Assembly (NCBI GenBank): GCA_046583355.1
Contig: JAYGCM010000087.1
Span: forward strand, 46,988-110,987
Direction: 5' to 3'
DNA length: 64,000 nucleotides
From: Deltaproteobacteria bacterium
GTDB taxonomy: Bacteria; Desulfobacterota; Binatia; UBA12015
Both the position numbers and the translations under genes were made by a program. Shown piece by piece: positions 7,367 through 16,310 of this stretch. A model generated the notes under the pieces. That model saw nothing but the letters and a program-made list of their open reading frames with translations, was not told the origin of the DNA and ran no database searches. The first letter of the stretch is position 1. Every line of letters begins with the position of its first letter.

Positions 7367-10300
7367 ATGATCACCCAACCGACATATACCCTTGCGGGCC
7401 TTTTTCTTTGCGCCGCCATGCTCCTTGCCGGCGGCGCACAGGCCTCCTGCGACCTTTTTCCGGGCGTCGAGAGAACTTATGACGGCGCGCTGGGCTCGGC
7501 CAACCGTCCCTGGGCGGCACCGGGGGAGAGCCTGGAGCTGCGCCATCGCAGCTGCGATGCCCAGGGCGCGGTACCGGCACCCTTGGGTTCTGCGAATGTC
7601 GTGACCATCGCCTACCTTGAGCCGGGCGCCACCGGTGCTTCGCTGGTCGTCCTCACCGACTCTTGCGATGCGGCATTTGCGGCCGAGGTGGCGAGTTGTA
7701 CCGCAAGCAAGGGCGTGGCGGCGGCGCTTTGCGCCGAGACTGATAGCCTGATGAATGCCGGCGCGAGTAGCCTGCGTTTCGCCTTTCCCGACGCCGTCGC
7801 GCTTTTCGGTGGGGCCGGGCTCGCGGGCGCCACACGGATTGCCGTGACCCGGCGCGGCGACGCCGTGCCCTGTGATCTCGCGCGGCGTAGTTGTGACGAG
7901 ATCGCCGGTGTCGATATCTGCGTCGGTGCTTTGTTCGCGGACGCGGGGGCCTGCGATACGGGTACGCCGGCCTCGCTCTTCACGCATTTTACCGCTCTGC
8001 CGCGCCCCAACGAGTTCAGCGCGGCCTGCTTCCGCGACGAGGGACTTTGTGCGGCAACCGAGAATGAGCTCCGCTTCGTCGCCGACCAGGGCGGTAACCT
8101 GTTCTTGCCGGTTGATTGGAGCGGTGTCCTCGCCGAGCAGGATGATTTCCCCATTCCGCGCCTGGTCCGGGCCACGATCGACTCGCCGATTCCTTTCCGG
8201 ATTCCCGACGAAGTCTTTGTGGCTTCCTTCACCTCTGATGGTGGCCGATTGCCGCCGATTTTCACACCACTCTTCGAGCCCAGCGCGACCGGCGACCCGG
8301 ATAAGGTCGTCTTCTTCGGCTCGGCCGACGCGCCGTATACGATTCTGCGCTTCGCACACCGTCACGGTACCTGTCAGGGCGGCACGGAAGATGGCGAACT
8401 TTGTGAGGATGAAAGCACCTGCTCGGGTAGCGGCGCGGTCTGTGAGTTGGCTTGTGTGGACAACGCAGCCGAGCTCTGTCGCCGGGATTCCGATTGCTTG
8501 ACAGGCGCCTGCGGCGCGCTTTTCGATGCCTCACTCTTCCTCCAGGCGACGGCGCCCTTCGCGCTGCCGCGTCCGGGGCCGGGGGTCTGCCAGTTGCCGC
8601 CGCATGATGCGTGCACGCTCGACGCCGATTGCCCGGCGAGCGGCGATGCCTGCGTTTTCTGGGCTTTGGAGGCCGGCGACGCCGTACCGCTGGACGGCAT
8701 CTTGGAGACCGACGAACTCTGGGCGTTCACCTTTGATGAGTCCATCGACGCGACCGATCGCAATGGCGACGGAGATACGGAGGATACGGTCGTCACGATA
8801 CGTTCGCGTGCCACCGCAGCCGTGACCGAGCTGGATCTTCCGGCGGCTTGTGGCGTCGGCCAGGCGGAGGGGCGCACGACGATGCGATTGCTGATCGGAG
8901 ATTTTGATTTTCCTGCCGTCGCCGCGGAGGGCGAGCGCATCGCTTTTCTTGAGCCGGAAACCGATTTTGCCAGCGGCTGCGATATCGATTCGGACGGGAC
9001 TCCCGCCGGCATCGCTTTGAGCACGACCGCATTGGCGGATGCAGGCCGGGTCTTCTCGGCCGGTGCCTCGGTGGACCCGGCTCTGCAGGTTGATGGCGGC
9101 GCTTTCGCGCTCTCGGGCGGCTATGCCTTCGCCCGCTTCGGTGCGATCGGTGGCGGGGCTGCCACGATCGGTGTGCTGGAGGGCAACGGTGCTTTCGCGA
9201 CTTTCTGCCGTGCCGATGCCGTCGCGACCGCCGATGGCGTGGCCGCCTTCCTGCGGCCCGAGTCGGCTGTTGCGGGCAACGTGGCGTGCCCGGCTGGGCC
9301 GCTCAATGGCGACGGCGACGCAAGCGATACGGTCGTCCATTTGCTGGCCCGCGCCAGCCACGATGGTTCCTGGACCGTGCAGAACCTCGGCCTGGCGGCC
9401 ACGGCGGTCGACCTCTCAAGGGGTTGGGTAGCCGCGCTTGTGCCGGAGAGCGGCGAGCCCGGCTCCGGCAACGGCGATGGCGACAGCGACGACTCGGTGG
9501 TTTATTTGCGCGAGCGTTCGGCCGGCGCTTCCTGGCAGAATGTCGGCCTCGCCGCCGATCGTCTTCTGCTTGTGGGCGATGTGGTGGCCTTCCGAGTTCC
9601 CGAAGCCGATCAGGCGGGTACCGATCTGAACCAAGATGGCGACGCTCTGGATCGAGTATTGCACGCGATGGTGGCCGGGCGGCCGCCGGCAAACGCGCTT
9701 GCCCCGGCGGTCGATTTCGTCCTCGGTACCGAGGCCGTGATGTGCGCCGGCAGTGACCGCATCGTACAACCCCTCGCGTTTACGACCAAGGCCGATATGA
9801 ACGATGACGGCTTGGCCGACGAGGTCGAATTGCAGATCTTCAACGCCGCGACCGATGCGAATGGTTTTCTTGAGACCATGGTCGTGCGCACTGGCGCGGC
9901 CGTGCATGCTTGTGATTCTTACGCTTGCGACCCGCGCGAGCCCTTCCATGTGCAGGGTCATGAGATCCGCTTTCTCACCAACGAGGCTGACCAAGGCGTG
10001 GATCTGGACGGCGATGGCACGGCCGATGATATTGTCCTGCAAATTTTTGATAGCTGCGCTTCCCGCACGCGGACGGTGGGTGCCTTCGACGAGGAACTCC
10101 TAGGTGCGCGGAATCCGCTGGCGGCGCGGCCCTCGATTGTCTCGGGCGAAGTCCTGGTGCAGCAGGCCGGCCGCTGTGTCGAGCCATGGCCCGTCTGCTC
10201 GTTCGGGCAGGAATGCCGGTGTCCGAAAGGTACCCTGCCGGCCGCAGGTGTGGTCGCGGGTAGCCCCGTCTGCGTGCATGTGGCGCCTGCGAGTTGCGAC

Positions 10301-11155
10301 GAGGCGGCCGATTGCGGCAAGGCGGCTTCAGGCTTGGTGACCTGTGAAATGCGTCGCGTGGCGATTGCGGTGCAGACGGCCGATGACGACGGGGATGGCA
10401 TCATCGACTCGAGGGATGATTGTGATGCCGACGGACTCGTGGGTGAATGCGTTGATGGCCTGCTCTGCCGCAAGGCGAAGGAGCGCAAGCGCCAAAGCGG
10501 TATTGATGAGCTGCGCGTGGTGGATGCCTTGGGCACACATATGGTCACACCGCGCTCGGTCGAGGTGGCCTGCCGCGCTACCGGACTCAGCGGTGCGGCG
10601 GTCAATGAGGCCGATCGTTTGGTCAGTCGCTGGCGGATCCACACCGAGAGTTTCACGAAGATCGGCGGGGTGCGCGCCAAGGATCGTTTCGGTTTGCATG
10701 AGTTGGTCATTCGCCGCCCCTCGAGTCTTTTGCTGCCCGCAAACGAAGGTGCGGAGGCACCGGGCGTGCTGAATCGCGGCTACCAATGTTACGATGTTCG
10801 CGAGGCCCGCCCGCAGGTGAAATCGCGCAAGTTGACGCTTGCCGGCAGCGGGGAATCGGCCGCGACGCGCGCGCGCTATACGCTGAGCAGGCTCAAACGG
10901 CTCTGCCTTGTGGCAGGCGTCGGCCCTGCGGCCACGGTGCCCGACGGAACGTCATGGCTGTGCTACCGCGCCAAGCCGCAGGTCCGCCGCGCCGCGCGTC
11001 CCTGGACGGATGGAGCGACCGGAATGACCGACCTCCTTGGCGAGCATATCGTGAAGCTGGGTAGCGAGCGCGAAGTCTGCGTACGCGCGAAGATCAGCCT
11101 GGCCTCCCTCGGCGCCGGCCGCTCTCTGTTGACTTCGCGCCCGGACTGGCGCTAG
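7367..11155 (+). CDS. large secreted Cys-rich protein with repeated Ca-binding D-x-[DN]-x-D-G-x-x-D loops (FG-GAP / beta-propeller-like repeats)
   Basis: 1262 aa with signal peptide MITQPTYTLAGLFLCAAMLLAGGAQA. At least seven loops fit the motif: DRNGDGDTEDTVV, LNGDGDASDTVV, GNGDGDSDDSVV, LNQDGDALDRVL, DMNDDGLADEVEL, DLDGDGTADDIVL and DDDGDGIIDSRDDCDADGL. Each is followed by a beta-strand-like hydrophobic run, as in integrin-alpha FG-GAP calcium loops. Confidence 0.7.
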   Translation: MITQPTYTLAGLFLCAAMLLAGGAQASCDLFPGVERTYDGALGSANRPWAAPGESLELRHRSCDAQGAVPAPLGSANVVTIAYLEPGATGASLVVLTDSCDAAFAAEVASCTASKGVAAALCAETDSLMNAGASSLRFAFPDAVALFGGAGLAGATRIAVTRRGDAVPCDLARRSCDEIAGVDICVGALFADAGACDTGTPASLFTHFTALPRPNEFSAACFRDEGLCAATENELRFVADQGGNLFLPVDWSGVLAEQDDFPIPRLVRATIDSPIPFRIPDEVFVASFTSDGGRLPPIFTPLFEPSATGDPDKVVFFGSADAPYTILRFAHRHGTCQGGTEDGELCEDESTCSGSGAVCELACVDNAAELCRRDSDCLTGACGALFDASLFLQATAPFALPRPGPGVCQLPPHDACTLDADCPASGDACVFWALEAGDAVPLDGILETDELWAFTFDESIDATDRNGDGDTEDTVVTIRSRATAAVTELDLPAACGVGQAEGRTTMRLLIGDFDFPAVAAEGERIAFLEPETDFASGCDIDSDGTPAGIALSTTALADAGRVFSAGASVDPALQVDGGAFALSGGYAFARFGAIGGGAATIGVLEGNGAFATFCRADAVATADGVAAFLRPESAVAGNVACPAGPLNGDGDASDTVVHLLARASHDGSWTVQNLGLAATAVDLSRGWVAALVPESGEPGSGNGDGDSDDSVVYLRERSAGASWQNVGLAADRLLLVGDVVAFRVPEADQAGTDLNQDGDALDRVLHAMVAGRPPANALAPAVDFVLGTEAVMCAGSDRIVQPLAFTTKADMNDDGLADEVELQIFNAATDANGFLETMVVRTGAAVHACDSYACDPREPFHVQGHEIRFLTNEADQGVDLDGDGTADDIVLQIFDSCASRTRTVGAFDEELLGARNPLAARPSIVSGEVLVQQAGRCVEPWPVCSFGQECRCPKGTLPAAGVVAGSPVCVHVAPASCDEAADCGKAASGLVTCEMRRVAIAVQTADDDGDGIIDSRDDCDADGLVGECVDGLLCRKAKERKRQSGIDELRVVDALGTHMVTPRSVEVACRATGLSGAAVNEADRLVSRWRIHTESFTKIGGVRAKDRFGLHELVIRRPSSLLLPANEGAEAPGVLNRGYQCYDVREARPQVKSRKLTLAGSGESAATRARYTLSRLKRLCLVAGVGPAATVPDGTSWLCYRAKPQVRRAARPWTDGATGMTDLLGEHIVKLGSEREVCVRAKISLASLGAGRSLLTSRPDWR

Positions 11156-11222
11156 ATTTGGCTGGTCAGCCCCCATTGTGGCGCATTCCTGCGCCTAGCT
11201 GTCGGGGCAGAGGGACCGGCTC

Positions 11223-12905
11223 ATGCAGCATCGAAATTCGTTCGTCTGGCTACTTTCTCTTTTCCTCACCACGCTGATGGCGTGCGGCGGAAGCGATGCG
11301 CCTTTGGCGGTCGATCCGAACTCGACCGCCGGGACCTGCGACGATGATTTCGAGAGCACCTTCGAAGCCATCCAAACCGTGCTCTTTGTGAACCAGGGTT
11401 GCACGGTGTCGGCCTGCCACGGCAGCGCTGCCGTCGGCGGTCTGGACCTGCGAGCCGATGCTGCCTACGCAGCCTTGCTCGCCGACTCGCAAGGCAGTGA
11501 TCTGGCCCGCGTCGAGCCGACCAAGGTCAATAAGAGCTTTCTCTTCCATAAGCTCGCTGCCGCGGCGGCACCTGAGTTCCTGACCGAGCCGATTGCCGGC
11601 AGCGCCATGCCGATCGGCGGCGCGATCACGACGGACCAATTGGAGGCGCTTCGTCTCTGGATCGAGGTCGGGGCTCCCGAGACGGGTGTTGTCGGCGATG
11701 AATTCGGCGGCACCCGGATTGCCGATCTTCTCGGCACCTGCCTGCCGCCGCCGGTGCCGGTAGAGCTCGAGCCTCTGCCAGCGCCTGCGCCGGACGCCGG
11801 AATTCAGATGGTGCTGCCGCCGCATGCGGTCAAGGCCGGTGCTGAGCTCGAGATTTGCTATGGCGAATATTACGATTTCCGTCCTCAGATTCCCGACGAG
11901 TTCGAGACCGAAGACGGAAACTGGTTCTACGTAAACGGCCAGGCGGGGCGTGCTGACCCCAATACCCATCATCTCACATTGAGCTTCTCGGGCTTTCGCG
12001 CCGACCGGGTCGCCGCACCGGAATATGGCACCTGGATTTGCGGTGGCGGTGCGATGCATGGCGAAGAATGCGACCCCTTGATCGCGGATTTCTGCGGCGA
12101 GGGCCGCTGCCATAGTCAGATTTCTCCCGCGGTTGCTTGCATCGGCTACGGCCCCCCCGGCGGCGGCGACGGCGCGAACCCGAACAGTCGCGTGAATGCC
12201 AGTAACGGCCGTGACGGATTCTTCGCCAAATTCCCTTCACACGGAATTTTCTATTGGAACTCGCATGCCTTCAACCTCTCCTCGCAGGATCTGATGCACC
12301 GCAGCTGGCACAATTACTACTTTACGAACGATCTGCGTTTCGAAGAAGTGGGTTTCCAGGATACCAGCTCCATCTTTATTGCGAATGGCACGCCGGCCTT
12401 TACCCGCCAGGAGTATTGCGCGGATTATGTATTGCCGCGGGGCACGAAGCTCCTCGCGCTCGTCTCGCATACGCATAAGCGTGGTGAGCGCTTCACGATG
12501 GAGATCGAAAGCACGGGCGAACAGGTCTACGACAATCCCTTCTGGGATGATCCGACGGTCACAAGGTACGACCCGGCCCGGCTTTTCGATTCCGAGGACC
12601 CCGCCGATCGTACGATTCATTATTGTGCTGTCTACAATAATGGAGTGAAGCCCGACGGTTCCTTCGATGTGGATCTGGTGAAGCGCTGTTCGCGTGCGCC
12701 GGAACGCTCGGCTTGCAGGGCGACGCATTGCGCCGAAGGGTTGGTCGGGGAGACTTGCGGCGGCGTCGGCGATGACGCGAGTTGCGATACCTCACCGGGC
12801 GCCGGCGACGGCTTCTGCGATGCGGGGTCGATCACCGGAGGACTGACCAGCGATGACGAGATGTTCATCGCGCTGGGCACTCAGTTGATCGAGGCTGAAG
12901 AGTGA
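11223..12905 (+). CDS. lipoprotein with N-terminal PSCyt1-like cytochrome-c-type domain (non-canonical C-X4-C-H) and Cys/His-rich C-terminal domain
   Basis: Lipobox LMAC|GG. The N-terminal domain QGCTVSACHGSAAVGGLDLRAD...SAMPIGGAITTDQLEALRLWIEVGAP resembles the planctomycete cytochrome-c domain pattern C..CHG...GGLrL...MP..g..L...e...l..WI..GA. The C-terminal domain has many His and Cys (HTHKRGERF, CRATHCAEG). Confidence 0.7.
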   Translation: MQHRNSFVWLLSLFLTTLMACGGSDAPLAVDPNSTAGTCDDDFESTFEAIQTVLFVNQGCTVSACHGSAAVGGLDLRADAAYAALLADSQGSDLARVEPTKVNKSFLFHKLAAAAAPEFLTEPIAGSAMPIGGAITTDQLEALRLWIEVGAPETGVVGDEFGGTRIADLLGTCLPPPVPVELEPLPAPAPDAGIQMVLPPHAVKAGAELEICYGEYYDFRPQIPDEFETEDGNWFYVNGQAGRADPNTHHLTLSFSGFRADRVAAPEYGTWICGGGAMHGEECDPLIADFCGEGRCHSQISPAVACIGYGPPGGGDGANPNSRVNASNGRDGFFAKFPSHGIFYWNSHAFNLSSQDLMHRSWHNYYFTNDLRFEEVGFQDTSSIFIANGTPAFTRQEYCADYVLPRGTKLLALVSHTHKRGERFTMEIESTGEQVYDNPFWDDPTVTRYDPARLFDSEDPADRTIHYCAVYNNGVKPDGSFDVDLVKRCSRAPERSACRATHCAEGLVGETCGGVGDDASCDTSPGAGDGFCDAGSITGGLTSDDEMFIALGTQLIEAEE

Positions 12906-12915
12906 CGCGCGCTTC

Positions 12916-13980
12916 GTGAAGGTCGTTTTCATCATCGAGGACTCGCTGCCGAATCGGGCGGTGAGTCCTTCGACGACTCCGCATCTCTGGAAATTCATGG
13001 CGGCCGGTGCGTGCCACGCCGCCGGAGGGCGCGCGGTGCTGAGTACCGCCACTTACCCGAACCACGCGAGTTTCATCACCGGAGCCGTGCCCGAAGCACA
13101 TGGGGTGGTGACCAATCGAGTCTGGGATGGCGCGCGATTCGTCTGCGCTTCCGGGATCGGGCCGACCAGCGAGACCCTCTTTGCGGCGGCGCGCCGCGCC
13201 GGCGTGTCTACCTCGGCGGTATTGGGCGACCAAAAACTTGTCGGTGTGATGGGCGCTGTCGCGGCCGACGGCCATTGGCCCCCACGGGGATTGCTTCCCG
13301 AGGGGACTCTGCTCGACGAGTTTCAATACGCGACCGACGCGGCCGTATTGGGGGCCCTCGGGGAGACCGCGGCCTTGGAGGCCGATCTTGCCGTTGTGCA
13401 CCTGAATGATCCGGATACCGCCTGCCACCTCTTCGGGCCTGATTCGGAAGAAGCGCGCGTGCGTTTCCAAGCAACCGATGCGGCCTTTGGTCAGATTCTC
13501 GAAATGCTGGCACCCGGGTGGGAAGACACGATCGTCTTTGTTGTCAGTGACCACGATCAGGAAACGATGCTCGACGAGCCGGCAATCGATCTCGCGGCCA
13601 TCTTGGCGGAACGCGGTCTGCCGGGCAAGGTGGTCTCCGAAGGCACGACCGCACAGGTCGTGCAGGGCCCGACGCTTGACGAATTACGCGCGCTACCGGG
13701 CGTTACCGGGGTTGCCGCCAGCGGCAGCGGTAGGAGTCTGGTCTGGGGCGCGCCGGGAACAGCCTTCGGCACGGTCGATTGGCGCCTTAAAGGCGGCCAC
13801 GGCAGTCCGCGCACGGATACCCAGGTGGCGGCGGTCGGCGGCGGCCACCCTTTGGTCGAGCCGCTCGGCGACTCTCTGCGCGTTCGTCGCCCGGACGCGA
13901 CCGATTGGGCACCGACCATGGCGGCTCTTTTGGGCTTCGCCCTGGCCGACGCAACCGGCACGCCTCTGCTCGCTTCTTGA
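12916..13980 (+). CDS. alkaline-phosphatase-superfamily phosphodiesterase / nucleotide pyrophosphatase (type I phosphodiesterase family)
   Basis: GTG start lies 11 nt after the lipoprotein stop. Translation contains the TYPNHASFITG metal-site motif with the nucleophile Thr context characteristic of the NPP family. No signal peptide is apparent. Confidence 0.75.
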   Translation: MKVVFIIEDSLPNRAVSPSTTPHLWKFMAAGACHAAGGRAVLSTATYPNHASFITGAVPEAHGVVTNRVWDGARFVCASGIGPTSETLFAAARRAGVSTSAVLGDQKLVGVMGAVAADGHWPPRGLLPEGTLLDEFQYATDAAVLGALGETAALEADLAVVHLNDPDTACHLFGPDSEEARVRFQATDAAFGQILEMLAPGWEDTIVFVVSDHDQETMLDEPAIDLAAILAERGLPGKVVSEGTTAQVVQGPTLDELRALPGVTGVAASGSGRSLVWGAPGTAFGTVDWRLKGGHGSPRTDTQVAAVGGGHPLVEPLGDSLRVRRPDATDWAPTMAALLGFALADATGTPLLAS

Positions 13981-14010
13981 GGGCAGAGCGTCGTGCGCCT
14001 GTGGATGGTT

Positions 14011-14436
14011 TCAGCGGTAGCTGGAGATCCAATCGTCCTGGCGGCGGCACCAGTCGAGGTGCTTGCGGTCAAGCGCGGTGGCCGAGACGCGCCGATTCTC
14101 CCAGACGAAGGTGGCCTCCGCCGCGGTGAATTCGGCAAGGAAATCGCCGAAGGCTGCCGTGCGATTGGTTGCGCGCTGGCTCCGGATGGTCTCGGCTACG
14201 ATCGGTGCTGCCAGCGCCTCGTAGAGTTTGCGCGATTTCGCGCGCCCGGCGAGTTTATGAAACCCGAGGACACGCGGTGCCCCGTCATTGCATAGGGTGA
14301 TGGCGGCGAGCTGGTAGGGCGTGAGCTGATCTCGCCCATCGCCCTCCGCCGAGCGGTTCTCACACCCCGCCAGACCCAGCCCGAAGGCCAGCAAAGCGAC
14401 CCATTGCCCACGCCTTGCCTGTCCCCGGAATCGCAC
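14011..14436 (-). CDS. hypothetical lipoprotein
   Basis: A GTG start at 14436 with a GAGGA Shine-Dalgarno gives VRFRGQARRGQWVALLAFGLGLAGC ENRS..., a classic n-region, h-region and lipobox LAGC. The ORF-track ATG at 14484 would give an over-long n-region. Confidence 0.45.
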   Translation of the reverse strand: MRFRGQARRGQWVALLAFGLGLAGCENRSAEGDGRDQLTPYQLAAITLCNDGAPRVLGFHKLAGRAKSRKLYEALAAPIVAETIRSQRATNRTAAFGDFLAEFTAAEATFVWENRRVSATALDRKHLDWCRRQDDWISSYR

Positions 14437-14576
14437 GCCTTCATCCTCGCCGCTCCGGCCCCCATTTGCCACTCCCACCAACAAGCGGCCAACAAGGGGA
14501 CGAATTTCGGTACACGTCCCCTGAAGGAGACGGGGTGGGTGGCCTTCGGTGGGGGGCTTTGGCAGGGTGGGGCGAG

Positions 14577-16307
14577 ATGGGGGATGTGCGGGGATATGGG
14601 GGGCGGGGTTTGTTGCGGGACCTTTCGGCGGGGCTTGTGGTGGCGGCGCTGGCGGTGCCGCAGGGTGTGGCCTACGCGCTGATCGCGGGGTTGCCGCCGG
14701 CGATGGGGCTTTATGCCGCGGGGTTGCCTGCGGTTGCGGCGGGGTTGGTGCGCTCTTCGCGCTATGTCGTCGCCGGTCCCTCCAACGCGCTCTCTTTGTT
14801 GGTGGGTGGTTCGGTGGCCGCCTTGGCGGTCTCGGAGGGGACCGATCCGGTCTCTATCGCGATTGCGCTCGCCCTATGGGTGGGGCTTGTTCAGTTGGCG
14901 GCGGGCGTGCTGCGTCTGGGCGTGGCCGTGGGCTATATATCGGCTTCTGTCGTGCTCGGCTATATTGCGGGTGCGGCGACGTTGATCGTCTGGGGTCAGT
15001 TGCCGAATTTGGCCGGGAATCTGGAGATGGCGGTGGGGCTGGGCTCGGCGCTCGGCATGGTTCTGCTTGGCCGGATCGGCCGGTTCTTTCCGGCGGCGTT
15101 GGTATCGATCGGCTCGGTGACCGCCATCGCTTGGTTTGCCGAATTGCCTTTGGCGACGGTGGCGGACCTGGCAAAGGTGCCGGCCGAGTTGCCGCGGCTC
15201 ACCATTCCCTTCGAGATGCCGATCGCGACGCATCTCGCGCTTTTGCCGGCTGCGATTGCTGCCTCGGTTCTTTCGCTTGTCGAGTCAACCGCTGTGGGGC
15301 GCAAGCTCGCCAGCGCGAGCGGCGAGAGGGTGGACACCAATCGCGAGATCATCGGCCAGGGTGCGGCGAATATCGCGGCCTCCTTCGTGGGTGGCTACCC
15401 GGTCAGCGGCAGTCTGGGTCGCTCGGTTCTGAATCATTCGGCGGGTGCGCAGACCCGTTTTGCGGGGATCGCCTCGGGCATTTTCGTTTTGCTCGCTGTG
15501 GTGGTCGGCGCGCCCTTGGTCGACGCCATTCCGATCGCGAGCCTTGCCGGCATGTTGCTCGTGCTGGCCTGGGGCCTGATCGATTTCCGCTCGATCCAGC
15601 GTGCCTTGCGCGGCAGCTTGGGTGACTCGGCTGCCTTGGTGGTTACCTTTGTCGGTACCTGGACGCTGCGCCTCGATCACGCGATCTACCTGGGCGTTGG
15701 CGTGAGCATCGTGCTCTTCCTGCGCCGCGCGCAGATGCTGGTCGTGCGTGAATTACAAGTCGGGACGGATGGTCGTCTATGGGAAGCCAAGGGGCGCAGT
15801 TGCCGGGTGGTGCGCGTGCTGCACGCCGAGGGGCCGCTCTTTTTCGCAGCCGCCTCCGAACTGCAAAACGCGCTCGATGCCGCGCTTGCCGACGAGAAAC
15901 TCCAGGTTCTTCTGCTGCGGCTCAAGCGAACACAGGGGCTGGATCTGTCGGCCGCGCAGGTGCTTGAAGAGACGGCGGTTCGGCTGGCGGCGCGCGGCGG
16001 CCGGCTGCTTCTGGTCGGCCTGCTGCCGGACCCGATGGCGCTGCTGGCGCGCACGGGCATTGCCGCGGTGATCGGCGAGGAGAATATCTTCCCCACGCAG
16101 GCCGGTTGGTTCGTCGCGATGGATCAGGCACTCGCCGTCGCCATGGCGCATGATGATCACGAGGGTGGTTGCCCGCTTTTGGCCTATCTCGCGACGCGCG
16201 ACGGGCGCCCGATTCCCGACGGCGAGGTGCACCGCGACGATGCCGATGCGGCGCAAGCGGAGGAAGAGCATAAAGGAAGCCGCGCAGACCCTGCGCGAGA
16301 GAGGTGA
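14577..16307 (+). CDS. SulP-family anion transporter with C-terminal STAS domain
   Basis: LLRDLSAGLVVAALAVPQGVAYALIAGLPPAMGLYAA is the SulP signature region. It has about 10 TM helices, a STAS domain (VVRVLHAEGPLFFAAASEL...), and a His/Asp-rich C-terminal tail. I chose the ATG at 14577 (the ORF track begins at 14415); the start is uncertain. Confidence 0.8.
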   Translation: MGDVRGYGGRGLLRDLSAGLVVAALAVPQGVAYALIAGLPPAMGLYAAGLPAVAAGLVRSSRYVVAGPSNALSLLVGGSVAALAVSEGTDPVSIAIALALWVGLVQLAAGVLRLGVAVGYISASVVLGYIAGAATLIVWGQLPNLAGNLEMAVGLGSALGMVLLGRIGRFFPAALVSIGSVTAIAWFAELPLATVADLAKVPAELPRLTIPFEMPIATHLALLPAAIAASVLSLVESTAVGRKLASASGERVDTNREIIGQGAANIAASFVGGYPVSGSLGRSVLNHSAGAQTRFAGIASGIFVLLAVVVGAPLVDAIPIASLAGMLLVLAWGLIDFRSIQRALRGSLGDSAALVVTFVGTWTLRLDHAIYLGVGVSIVLFLRRAQMLVVRELQVGTDGRLWEAKGRSCRVVRVLHAEGPLFFAAASELQNALDAALADEKLQVLLLRLKRTQGLDLSAAQVLEETAVRLAARGGRLLLVGLLPDPMALLARTGIAAVIGEENIFPTQAGWFVAMDQALAVAMAHDDHEGGCPLLAYLATRDGRPIPDGEVHRDDADAAQAEEEHKGSRADPARER

Positions 16308-16310
16308 ACG

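Noticed and set aside
7169-11176. Multiple 200-400-aa antisense or alternative-frame ORFs (7169..8365, 8374..9024, 8531..9361, 9416..10042, 9958..10710) inside the 1262-aa secreted-protein gene
   Set aside because: Low-complexity Arg/Pro/Ser-rich translations with no Shine-Dalgarno. They are the usual high-GC six-frame artefacts; the plus-strand frame is continuous with repeated structural motifs.
11186-11201. Sigma-54-like TGGCGC-N5-TGCG upstream of the lipoprotein gene
   Set aside because: GG-to-GC spacing is one nucleotide short of the -24/-12 rule and the -12 element is CTGC. It is more likely chance in GC-rich DNA; the lipoprotein gene is probably co-transcribed with the upstream gene (67-nt gap).
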